Positions 12,427 to 25,052 of a stretch of DNA of 64,000 bases are shown in pieces; within the stretch, counting starts at the first letter, position 1, and each line of letters opens with the position of its first letter. The position numbers were made by a program, and so were the translations under genes. This DNA is from Azolla caroliniana (taxonomy: Eukaryota > Plantae > Polypodiophyta). The stretch spans positions 1,302,001 through 1,366,000 of the forward strand of contig JBHGNT010000022.1 in assembly GCA_043228905.1 (NCBI GenBank), written 5' to 3'. The notes under the pieces were generated by a model, which ran no database searches, was not told the DNA's origin, and was given only the letters and a program-made list of their open reading frames with translations.

Positions 12427-15400
12427 TGCCGCCGCAATGGGCGGCCGGTCGGTGCCCCGCCCATTTACGAGTCATAGAAAACAGAGAGAAACCGCCCCCC
12501 GAATGGGCCGAATCCGTAAAATGGACGGGCGCCCCGCCCATTTACGAGCCACAAAAGAAATGGAGAGCACCACCCAAGTGGGCCGACTCGAAACGGGCAG
12601 CCAGTCGGCGGCTCCCCGCCCGTCCATGCATCATAAAAAAACCGGGAGAGAACCATCTGAATGTGAGGGGGTTCGATTCCCATCCCACACTTCGTCTCGT
12701 CTCAACGTTAAAAAAGACATCTATCTATCTATCTTGCACACTCCGTCTCGTTTCCATGTGCTCAGGTCGGGTCAGGGGAGCCCCCAGCAAGAGCATATGT
12801 TGAGGTCAGGTCGGGGGGGGACTCGGCAAGAGCATATGTTGTTGTTGTTTAGGTAACATTATTCTTGCATCCGAGTCCCGATAGAGGACTTCCCCACCTT
12901 GTCGAAGCTCGCCCATCTCTTACCTTTTTACTTGGATACTTGCCTTTGCATCCCTTCCGCTACGTGTAGAAAACCATAATAGTGCACTTTGCATTTTGTT
13001 GCCAAACTTGAACTAGAGTTCGTTCTTCACCGAAAAAACTATGCCTCGTTTGAGAAGGATGGGGAAGCTTCGCCACGCCCAATTTTCATCATTAGCACAA
13101 ACATCACATTCTAATTCAAAAGTTCTCAGAACTGTCACATCTCACACTAGAGATCGATCAATCGCTTATTTGCATGGTTATCAACTTCGGCTTTAACCAA
13201 AGCATAATTAGTACAGTGATCAAACTAAGCAAGTTTACATACTTGAAACATATAAGCAATAGTTAGAACTTCAATATTTGCATCTTATGGTTATCGACAT
13301 ATACTAGTGCAACCATTGCTAGTCTATCAATGGCTCTCACGTATCTCATTTTGCCTATTTTCATTCGTTTCACTTGGTTATCATTCATAATTGCCCGCCA
13401 CTTGAGTTAGATTCACCTGTGAAATCGTCGCCACGATTTCATTCATCAACGGATACGCTTTTCCTGTTGTGGTTGCTCTACAACAAAGACTAAGGATTAT
13501 ATGGTTTGATGCTCTATTAATTGGGGCGGGGGTCTTTGCAATTGGCTTAGCTAATATTTTGTCAAAAAGTAAAGCATGAGTCACGTGTCATCATTGATGT
13601 AAACAACTGTTTCAAATTGGTAGGGACATTTGAATTCCATTTCATGAGTTACTAAATGCAATGATTTCAATGCATGGTAAGGAAGGCATCTTCTTCTAAG
13701 AAACTTAAGACTATAAATATGAATAAGAATTACTTATATCAAGCTCATTGTCATATTACAAGTAAAAGGGCTTGAAATACTTATATAGTTTTCAAAAGAG
13801 ATATTTGAATAAACATCATTAAAAGTTATGACCGTTCATATCTTATGATCCTTCATGGGAGCTGATACTATTGGCTTTTACTTACATTATGTTGTATTTG
13901 CACCTTCTTCTTTTTTCCACAAAAACTATACTCCATTGGTATTAAAATTAACAATGCCAAAGGCAATCTACAATTTGTACATAATAGTTTCCACTCCACA
14001 AGTGTCTATAAAAAAAAAGACCAAATATAAACGATGGACTTTGGCAAGATAAGGCTAATTATGTCCATGAAAACTCTCTCAGCCTTTGCCAACAAGACCC
14101 ATTCTCAACCTATAAACAAATTCCTGCGGTCCAAGAGAATACATATCTTTACATATTTTGGTGGTAATCCTAGTCAACATATCCCGGTTGTCCACCTTGG
14201 CTAGTAGTCTAAAAACTCCATGTATGCCTTTGATTTTGCCTATACTGGAGTTGTTCACCATCACCGGACTATCCACTAGGGTGATGCTATTTGACAAATG
14301 TTTTGTACACAATAGTTGAAGACACCAAAGTAGTCCATGATGCATCTAACGCTTGGGTAAAACCTGATGTTGTATTTGCACCTTAACCTATTTATCTTGT
14401 AATACCCTAGTTAATCTCCTTGGACATCACCTTCAGATTCATGTTATGATTCCTTGGAAACTACATAATGTATTGCCTCATTAGGGAGGATAACCATGTA
14501 AAGCATACTTTGTAGGTGTAACTGCATGGTGGCTATAACAAAAGGAACCCACCAAGATTTAAAAGGTTGCCATATCACAAATAGGCTCACTCTAGGTGTT
14601 CATTGGACTTTTGGGCATGTTGCGGATTCTTGCATTGATTGGGAACTTGATGATAGTGATCAATCAATTCATGTAAAAAACAAGTTGCCTTTTATTTCTA
14701 AAATCAATACAACAATGTAATAGGTAGTTCGCAACCATATGTATAATTATTATTTCAAAAGTATGCTAATGTATACAATAATTTGTATTATTCTCCATTG
14801 CATTGGGATGCTGACAAGCTTTAAATGTTTCCATTCATATTCGTTTAGAAAGAGATTCAAGGATGGTGTGCTCCTATGTGGTGAACATTATAATTGTGAA
14901 GCATAACTTTCATCGGACGTTCAAAATGCTTTTCTCGTTACATATGCATTCAATTCACTTTAGATTTAATGTGCATCACAAGATGTACTCCTAGAACATG
15001 TCATTTTTTCCCATTTGCTCGTCCTCATAAACATCATGCTATTTGTTGAGATGGAGCATGATAAACATGGTAGATAGAGGTACCTTTTATGTTTCTAAAG
15101 TGCATAGATTCATATATTATTTGGCTTTGAGTACATCTATATAATAATTAATAACAATAACAAGAATGCCATTTTATGTTCATGCTCCTTTAAAAACAAG
15201 ACATCACACGCTGCACCATAGTGTGAAAGCAATACCTTTGTATGTATAAAGAGAAATTCAACACTTCAATAAATTGATGAGTTACTTGGTTTCACGGTAA
15301 AGCTTGTGCTTTGGAAGATTAATAAACTCATGGCTTAAATCTCTAGCAATGGGTTCAATCTTGTGACTCATGTTCATTATGAAGCTCTTCACAAATTTAG

Positions 15401-15724
15401 TTTAAATTCAATAACATTAAGTTTCAATATGAAATTCTTCATAAATTTAGTTTAAGATATTGACCTGGCAGTTTGATCCTAGATAAATGGCTTCACAACA
15501 TTCAAAATGATATTTTTCTATAGTATATCCAATGCATCTATTCATAATTTTAGTTTAAGATCATGCACACGAGTCCACGACCCTTTGCATGGTTTACAAC
15601 ATCGAAATTTATCCATTCTTTACAATAAAAAAACAAAAATGATAACATTGACTTGTAAAGGGCATATGTTGATTTGTATAAGTATCCTCATAGAAGTAGG
15701 GCAATATATAGAGAGAGGGCCTAA

Positions 15725-16218
15725 TGTTATAATGGGGTATAAAGGTAATACCTATAAACCTTTAAACCTTCTTAAGTATGAATGGAACAAAAAATGTAAC
15801 TTGATCAAATACAGAAGAAGTATCTAACCAACACATCCAAATACATGGTCATGTTTATGCATATCTTAGTAGATTATTAGTAGATTATCTCCAAGTTCTA
15901 GGAGTGTTTGGAAGCTTCTAGAAAGCTCCAGAAGTTGGAACATTCTAGAAGCATCTGCATGAAAATGGGTCTATGCATGTCACTACATGTAGCGCCCACA
16001 AACATGTATAAATACTTGTAACCTCCTTGGTCCCTTTCAGGGGATTCAACACCAGTCATTGACACATCAATCTAGTATTCTCATTTCGCCCCATCTTGTC
16101 TCCTTGATCTTTATCTCTGTCTTCATGCTCTTGTGTTGTTCCCAGCTTCTTAAGTTCTGCACTCTTAGCCCCATCATCCGTGCTCCGTTTGAGTTCATGG
16201 TTGGTGTGCCCATGACAA
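15725..16218 (+). mobile_element. Probable degenerate gypsy-type LTR
   Basis: Purine tract followed by TG at 15725, TTCTAGAAG motifs and TATAAATAC as in the LTR at 16427, ending TGACA. Boundaries are uncertain. Confidence 0.4.
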
Positions 16219-16239
16219 TGATGATGAGAACATCAAAGA

Positions 16240-16426
16240 TGTTAAAAGGAAGTTGAAATCATAATTCCATATCTTGGTGAGTTGAAATACTTCTTAGGTA
16301 TTGAGGTAGTAAAAAAAAGAAAATAAAGTATGCTTATCACAAAGAAAATACTTGCTTGACGTGCTTAAGAAGTTTGGAATGTCAACATGTAAACCGTTAC
16401 AAATACCTTTGAATCTTAATTCTAAG
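16240..16426 (+). pseudogene. Copia reverse transcriptase fragment
   Basis: Translates to LGELKYFLGIEV...LSQRKYLLDVLKKFGMSTCKPLQIPL; cut by the gypsy LTR at 16427. Confidence 0.75.
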
Positions 16427-16844
16427 TGTCATACACAAGATGCCACATGGAATTGTCGGGGTTGAACCCATGACCTTCTAGTCTTATTGGGCAACCTTAC
16501 CAGTTGAGCTACATCCATCTATACATTATTATATTGTATAAGATACAACTTATTCCATTGTAGATTCATCACTAGAACTTTCAAGAACCTTCTAGAGAAT
16601 GCATTTTCATGCACTCTCTAGAAGTTTTCTAGCTTTCATGCATACCTCCAAGTTCTTGTATAAATACTCAGGTGCACCTTGATTGCAATCAAGGTGAACA
16701 AGACCAGTTACAAAAGCATAATTCAGTTCTTGTTCTTTTATCCATTTTCTCTCTCTCTTGCTTGTTCTAATGTCTATGCTCTCTCTCCTGCTATCTACTA
16801 GTATTGAACCTCGTCTACTTGTCCGTGACAGTCTTGTTCTCTTG

Positions 16845-19800
16845 TGTAAAAACAAATAGCGTGTGGATGCAATAGAAAACAGAAAACAGGTTTAATGGAG
16901 AGCTTAACAGTACGCGGGAGAGACAGAGAGAGAGCACACAGAAACTCAATTCAAAAATACTACTCAGTCTGTACATCGTATATGTTCAGTGAACACTTTT
17001 ATACAAGTCCATACGGACTGATAGAAGTACGGTGTACTTCAATGCTCACACGAGCGTCTGACACTAACTAGGAGATATTAACTCCCTAGTAGACTAGTTG
17101 CTACTTGGCTTCCGGTTACTGTTTGATCCAGCTAACCGGCTCCCCAGCTCACCGGCTCACTTGCTCACCAACTCACCGATCCGGCTCATCCTTCTGGATG
17201 CCGATCCGGCTCAGGCTTATTCAGCCGATCCGGATCCGGTTGAGCTTGCCGCTCAACACTCCCCCTCAAGCTCAATTTGAGGTCGGATCGTAGTATCAGT
17301 CTCTATGGCAGCTGGTCCTTCCACCTGGCTCCTTCTGGCATCACTCCGCCTCGCTCGCGCTCCTCGTCCGGTCCGGTCCCGTTTGCTGTGACCCTTCTGT
17401 TTCTGCGCATCTCGACCTCCTCGGTCGGCTTGTCTGCTCAACAGGCCCAAATCAGCTCCCTCATTGCTGTGACTTCGGCGCTTGTCATCCCGCTGATTCC
17501 TTTGTATTGGCGTCGACTTTTGTTGCCTTCTCGTTCTCTTGGCCTTGAATTGATCTGGTTCTTCCGAATCCTTCTGTAGAACCGAATCAGTTGTCTCCGA
17601 TTCGTTCTAGCTCTTATCCGAATCGGTCACTCCCGATTCGTCTTCTGGTTCCAGGCCCTTCACCACATCGGACCATGTTTGGGTCTTGGCCTTCTTCTTT
17701 CGGTTGGCTCTGTCCTTCTTGACTCTGTCTCCGCTGCCGCTTGTTCCGACTTGTTCGGATGTGTCAACTACCTTTGTCGACTCGACTCCTTTCTTCTTCT
17801 TGTCTCCCCCTTTGTCGGTTCTTCCCCCACCATCGCAATCAAAAGTCTCTTTGCCTTTGCCCATTCTGGTGTCTTTGCCTGTTCTCCCCCTCAAGTGTGG
17901 CACGTCGAGATGCTGAACACCAAGCATTTCGGTGAAGTGCTGCAACTTGTCTGATCCGAGCAGTTTGGTGAAGATGTCGGCAACTTGCCGATCCGTATGA
18001 ACATACTGAAGTTCGACTTCACCACTCAAGACACGCTCACGCACGAAGTGGTAGTGCACTTCGATGTGCTTTGTGCGAGCATGGAATACGGGGTTCTTGG
18101 CGAGCTGCATGCTGCTTATGTTGTCGTAGTAGATCAGGATCGGGGTCGGCACCTCGATCCGCAGGTCTTACAACAGTCGCCAAAGCCAAATGGCTTCACA
18201 GGTGGCGATGGTAGCGCCCCGATACTCAGCCTCAGTGCTCGACAAAGCCACTGTTGGCTGCTTTTTGCTGCTCCACGCAACAGCCGCGCTACCTAGGGAA
18301 AACATGTAATCGAAAGTTGATCGGTGATCTGATGCATCGTCGGCCCAGTCGGCATCAGTGTAACTAACTAGCTCTTCGGTTATACCTTGATCCTTCGTGC
18401 CACTCACATACCACAGTATTCGGTGCGCGCACTGAAGATGCTCGACGGTCGGCTTCTGCATGAATTGGCTAATCACACCGACTGGATAGTTGATGTCGGG
18501 TCGGGTGATGGTCAAATATATAAGGCTTCCGACAATTTGCCGGAACCGTTTCTCATCGCAGGCCGGTCCGGAGTTGGGACAGAGCTTCTGGTTCCGGTCC
18601 AAGGGTGAAGAAATAGGGCGGCACTCCGTCATGCCGAACTTGTACAACATATTCAACACATAGTGTCTCTGTGAGAGCAATATGCCGTCGGGGGTTCGGA
18701 TCACCTCGATCCCAAGGAAATAGTGAAGGTCCCCCAGGTCCTTCATCTCAAATGCGTCCGACAGCTGAGACTTGACTCGGCTGATTTCATCGAGTCCAGG
18801 TCCGGTGATGACTAGATCATCAACATACAACAAGATGCATACCTGACCATCCGAACCTTGCCGGATGAACAACGAAGAGTCAGATTTGGAGGCCGCAAAC
18901 CCCATCTTATGCAACCGGTGCGTGATCTTCGCATTCCAAGCTCGGGGGGCTTGCTTCAGGCCATAAAGTGACTTCTTTAGCCAGCATACAACCGACTTGT
19001 TCATCTCCGACTGAAAACCGGGAGGTTGGGTCATAAAGACCTCTTCTTCTAGATCGCCTTGAAGAAATGCATTCTTCACGTCCATATGATGAAGATGCCA
19101 CTCCCTTGCCGCTGCAACCGCAAGTACCACACGAACTGTCTTCATCTTCGCAATTGGAGCGAAGGTTTCGTCATAGTCGATTCCGTGGGTCTGTGCGTAT
19201 CCCTTCGCCACTAACCGGGCCTTGTACCGGTTAACTGAACCGTCGGCGTTGTACTTTACCTTGTACACCCACTTGCATCCGATTGGTTTACAGTGACGGG
19301 GAGGGTCAACCAGGTCCATGTATCGTTGGCATCAAGTTCCCGCATCTCTTCCTCCATAGCGGCACGCCAATTTGCATCCCTTGCCGCTTCTGCGTAGCTC
19401 TCCGGCTCACGCACTTCCCCCACCTTGGTCATGTATGCATAGTGATGTGCCATGTACTCATTGTACTCGTACCACCTAACAGGTTCCTTCTGGCGGGTTG
19501 ATTGGCGTAACCCACTATTACCCGGTTTGAGGCCCTTCTTGGCCGGTTCGGTCTTCGGTGCCGAAGGACCGTCATTTTCCTTTCCGGAGTCGGAACTGCT
19601 CTGATCCGACTCATCATTACCAGTTTCATAATCCAGCATCTTCTTCTTCCCCTTCTCTTTGCGCGTGAACCGTCTCCTCGGTTCCTTGCACAGGGAGAGC
19701 ACGACAGAGTCTTCACTACTCGCCGGTTCCTCTTCTGACTGGTCGGATTGACCCAGGCTCTCGTTCGGCCCACTCAACCGAAACGATTCCGGACTCTCTT

Positions 19801-22492
19801 CTTGAGTCCTGGATTCATCATCTTCTATTTGGACCAGTTCAGGCTCATTAGCCTCATCCTTCGGTATCGGGTCGGGGTCGAAAGTTGGAGCCGGTAAGGC
19901 ATACCATGATGCCGTCTCATCAAACTCAACGTCGCGGCTAACTCGGACCTGCTTCGTTCGGGGGTTATAACACTTATACCCCTTTTGCTCATGTGAGTAG
20001 CCGACGAGGATGCACTTCTCCGATTTTGCATCCAGCTTCCTCCGCTTCTCATCCAGTACATGCACATATGCAATGCTACTGAATATCCGCAGGCGTCTCA
20101 GATTCGGCTTGCGCCCGAAATACAGCTCATGCGCTGACACCTTGTCACCGATCTGGTTTTGGATGTAGACGGCCGTCCGGACCGCCTCCGCCCAGTAGAA
20201 ATGGGGCATGCTCTTCTCTTCCAGCATTGCCCTTGCCGCGTCGACAAGCGACCGGTTCTTCCTCTCGGCCACACCATTTTGCTCCGGTGTGTATCTGCAG
20301 CTCAACTCTCTCCAAAATCCTATTTGCTGTAGATAATTGTTGAATTGGCCGGAAAAATATTCTTTTCCGCCATTTGACCACAGGCACTTGATCTTCCTCT
20401 TTGATTCCCGTTCCATCATGCTTTGGAGGTTTCGGAAACAGTCGAAGACTTCGCTCTTCCGCTCAATGAGGTAGATCCATGTGTGCCGACTGTAGTCATC
20501 GATGAAGGAGACGAAATATCGACTCCCGCCAAGACTCACGTTTTGTGCCGGTCCCCATACATCCGAATGAATAAGGTCGAGCTTGTTATTGCTATGATTT
20601 TGTTCGGTGGGGAATGGAAGCCGGTGTTGCTTCCTGAGTTGGCAGGCTTCACATACTTGGGCCTTCCGACCAATGAACTTTGGCAAACCGAAAACAACTT
20701 GTTTCGTTTGCAGGTCTTGAAGCCTTCGGTACTTGACGTGGCCGATCCGCTTGTGCTAGAGATCGATGTCCGATTCAATCTTCTGTCCTTTGGTGAACAA
20801 GGCGGTGCCGACATAATTGGTGTCGAGGATGAACATCCTCCCGTCTCTGCGCCCTTGCACACTGATTTGGCCCTCTTCCTCGATGAAGCACCCAAGGTGC
20901 GTAAACTGCACCTGCATTCCCTGGTCGACGATCTATCCGACTGACACCACGTTCTTCGTGATAGTCGGAATGTGTAATATGTTCATCAGCTTCCCCCTCT
21001 GTCCGACGTGGCTCAAAGGGACTTCTCCGACATGCACGATTGGGTGAGGAGTGTCGTCTCCGATTTCGACAACTCCCGGTTGTTCCGGTTTCTCCAGGAA
21101 GGAGAACCACTCTTTGTGGTTCGTCATGTGATTTGATGCACCGGAATCAACGTACCACAGTTCCTCTGATTTGGAAGTGGTCTTCTTCATCGAGTTTGCC
21201 TCGTGCTTCATCACCAAGGCTGGCCTGGCCCCTTACCGGTCTTCCCGGTTCCGGATCCTTTCGATCCCGATTTTGGATCCTTTCGATCCTGTCGGCATGC
21301 TCTCTGTGCCTTCGGTCCTGCTCTTGCCGGCCGCTACCACTACTAGCTGACCCACTTCGTCCACCACGCCCACGGGGCCGATCTGCCTCTGTGTACAACA
21401 TCCGGCTGTCGGTGGGTGCACTTGTTGACACACCGGCGTGGTTCTCCTCTACAAGGAGCATCGACTGTAAGTCGAAAAATGACGACGTATTCTCCCTCGT
21501 ACAGACCGCCGTTCGGAAAGCTCCGAACCTGGACGCTAGCCCACCAAGGCACACTTGCACCATCTCGTCCTCCTCGACGTTTACATTGACGGAGGCGAGT
21601 GAATCACAAATTTCCTTGATTCGGGCCGTGTAATCGGCCACAAACAGGTTTTTCTGCCGGACATTGCTGAGCTCTTGCTTGAGCTGCAGCTTCCTGGCCG
21701 TTGTGCTTGCGGTGAAAACCTTCTTCAGGTTTTCCCAAGCTTCTTTTGGCGTCTTGGCATCTCGGATATGGCTTAGAAGCCGGTCTCCAACACTGGACGC
21801 AAAGCAGTACATCACTCTGCTTGCCGCTTGTTCCCACACTAGGAAGTCCTTGTGTGCCGCATCAGGTGCTGTGTCGTTAGCTCCGTCGACATAGCTCCAG
21901 TACCTATGCCCAAGTAGGTACTGGTGCATCTTGTAGGACCAAGATGCATAGTTGGTTTTGTCGAGCTTCTCCACTGGGAGCGAGCTAGCCATTCCTCTAT
22001 CCATTTTTTTGTCTATTGTTCTGCTCTCACAACCTGTAGGGTTTGTCTTGAGAAAGTGAATGTCGGCTACAAAGGTTCTCAACACTCATGCTCTGATACC
22101 ATGTAAAAACAAATAGCGTGCGGAAGCAATAGAAAACAGAAAACAGGTTTAATGGAGAACTTAACAGTACGCGGGAGAGCGAGAGAGAGCACACAGAAAC
22201 TCAATTCAAAAATACTACTCAGTCTGTACATCGTATATGCTCAGTGAACACTTTTATACAAGTCCATACGGACTACCAGAAGTACAGTGTACTTCAATGC
22301 TCACATGAGCGTCTGACACTAACTACGAGATATTAACTCCCTAGTAGACTAGTTGCTACTTGGCTTCCGGTTACTGTTTGATCCAGCTAACCGGCTCCCC
22401 AGCTCACTTGCTCACTGGCTCATCCTTCTGGATGCCGATCCGGCTCAAGCTTATTCAGCCGATCCGGATCCGGTTGAGCTTGCTGCTCAACA
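16845..22492 (-). mobile_element. Copia LTR retrotransposon 'B' inserted in the 5' LTR of gypsy A
   Basis: LTRs 16845-17258 and 22102-22492; TSD TCTTG; PBS TGGTATCAGAGC (tRNA-iMet); PPT AGGGGGAG. Gag/PR (WYVDSGAS), INT, RT (YVDD) and RNase H occur in fragmented ORFs between 17607 and 22085. Confidence 0.95.
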
Positions 22493-25006
22493 TCTTGCTT
22501 ATGCTTTGCTCTCTCTTAGTATTTAGCCTCAACCACCCATTCGTGACAATTTGATCACCTTCCCATTTTCTAAGCCTCGGCACGTCGGATCTTACTGAGA
22601 GAATAAATCAGCTCATGGAAGCCATGCATCAACTTCAACTTGAGAATGACAACCTTTGGGAATCATTACGGAAGCTTCAAGTTTGAACTCCGATGGAACT
22701 CGAAGAAAAAAACAACTCTCCTCTTGCATCAACAAATGTTCTACGTATAGAGGTTGGTCCTTTGTCTAGTCTTTCTCCAACTCCTCCCCATCCCACTACA
22801 AGTATGGAACCCAATATTAGTTTACTTGACAAGTTCGATGGCACAAGGAAGCACTTCCGAGGATTCATAAATCATATCAAGCTTATTATCCAACTACAGC
22901 CTCAACGGTATGTGGATGATTTTTGTCAAGTTGGTGTCATCGGAACCCTTCTGTCAGGAGTTGCACAAGCCTGGTTTGCATCATTGGTCGAAACTTCATC
23001 ACCATTTCTCCAAAATTTTCTTGCCTTTCTGGCAGAGTTCGAGGCGACATTTGGGGATACAGACCGGCGCCGAACTGCCATTACCAAACTCTATTCATTA
23101 CATCAAGGTATGCGTCCGGTATCTGTTTACGCCTCTGAATTTAGACAGTTAGCATGTGATGTTCAGTGGGATGGCCAAGCGCTCTGTGACCATTTTCGTC
23201 GGGGTCTTTGAAGCAATATTAAAAATTTACTCCTCAACTTTCCGGAGCCTATGTCATTGTCACAAGCCATCATGCAAGCAGTTAGTTGTGACAATTGACT
23301 GTTTGAGCTTTGTCAAGAGGAATGAGCAACTTCAAGGTGGAAACCCTCTTCGAGATCTTCTCCATTGTCATCGTACAATGACCCCGTGCCGATAGAAATT
23401 GATCAAGCTCACACCCCGCCACTCATCGAGGTTGGACGGAGGTATCGCCGAACCAACAAACTATGTTTATATTGTGGTGCATCCACCCATCTAATCTGTT
23501 TTTGCCCAATCAAGAATAATCAACGACAAATATCTACAAACAATACGACAAGATGGCCCCAACAACCAAAAAACAACGGTGTCCAACTACAGTAGGAGCC
23601 ATGTGGTTGGACAATCCGCATTCGTGTTGCTCCCATAGTTCGGCTACATCGATAGAAGATTTCTCCTTTCTGGTAAGCATCCATTTCAAGTAGATTTCAA
23701 TGAGGTCCTTAGCACTTCTCGATTCCGGGGCAACAACATATTTTATGGACGAAAGGTTCATTCGTAAACACAAATTTCCGGTTGTCTGATTGTCCAAGCC
23801 AATCTTAGTGGAAACTATCGATGGACGCACGCTTTCTTTTGGAGTAGTCACCGAAGCCACTGTCCCACTTATCTTACAATTCAGGGACCACCAAGAGCTC
23901 TTAACATTTTATGTTATAACTTCGACATCCGGTCATCCTTGGTTTATCTTGGCTGAAGGCACAGAATCCACTTGTTGATTGGCGCAATCACTCGATTACT
24001 TTCTCCCAAACCAACTCAGAGGTGCAAGGAGTATCTCATGTTGCAGCAACAATATGGCACAAATCGGTTTCAAAGGCTCACCCTCCCATTAAAGCAGGAA
24101 TTGGGTCCAAGGCAGATGCTCCCGTCCCGGTCACAACAAGGAAAATAATGCATAATGCCTCTGAGTCAAACAATCCATTGAGGAAAACTACTGACTCACT
24201 ACCGTCCAAGTATGAAGACTTCAGGGACGTGTTTGAAAAAAAGAATGCTAATCGCTTGCCTAAGCATCGACCCTACGACTGTCCGATCAATTTGCAAGAA
24301 GGTGCTAGTCCTCCCTTTGGCCCAATTTATGGGTTGTCGGAACCATAACTCTAGGCACTCTGAACTTATCTCGATGAGAACCTTGAAAAGGGTTTTATTC
24401 GACCCTCAAAATCACTAGCAGGAGCTCCTATTTTGTTTGTGAAAAAGAAAGATGGCTCCTTATGCCTTTGCGTCGACTATCAGGATCTCAACAAGATTAT
24501 TGTTCGCAATTGCTACCCACTGCCTCTCATCCTAGAGCTGTTGGATCGACTCCGAACTGGGTGGATCTTCTCTAAGATTGACCTACGGGGAGCATACAAT
24601 TTGGTATGGATCAAACCTGGAGATGAATGGAAAACTGCCATTAGAACGCGCTACAGTTATTTCGAGTATAAGGTAATGCCTTTTGGCCTGACTAATGCTC
24701 ATGTAGTATTTTAGCATATGATGAATGACATCTTTCGAGAATATCTAGATCACTTTGTTTTGATCTATCTAGATGATATCTTGGTCTTCTCTTTGAATAT
24801 CAAGGAGCATACTCGACATGTCAGGTGTCGAATACAAGTGTATAATGGACATATTCACACTATCTCTTTGTATAGATCAAGTTTGGGCCATTTGTGTAAT
24901 TAGCATAAATGGTAGTTGCCCTAAGTCGGTCACTATATAAAGTGACCTTGTAACCTTTTTGTAAGGTTGGTTGTATTATTCTTTTCTATTGAATAAAGAG
25001 TCTTTT

Positions 25007-25052
<46 letters not shown>

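Noticed and set aside
12426-12700. GC-rich stretch with repeated CCCCGCCCATTTACGAG and a B-box-like GGTTCGATTCC
   Set aside because: No A-box, cloverleaf or element boundaries were found; it may be promoter sequence or a repeat relic, but I cannot support a call.
11871-12856. Several overlapping low-complexity ORFs
   Set aside because: They are products of microsatellites and GC-rich sequence upstream of the DUF3700 gene; no domain signal.
12880-15700. Possible decayed coding or TE sequence
   Set aside because: No recognisable motif in the frames I read.
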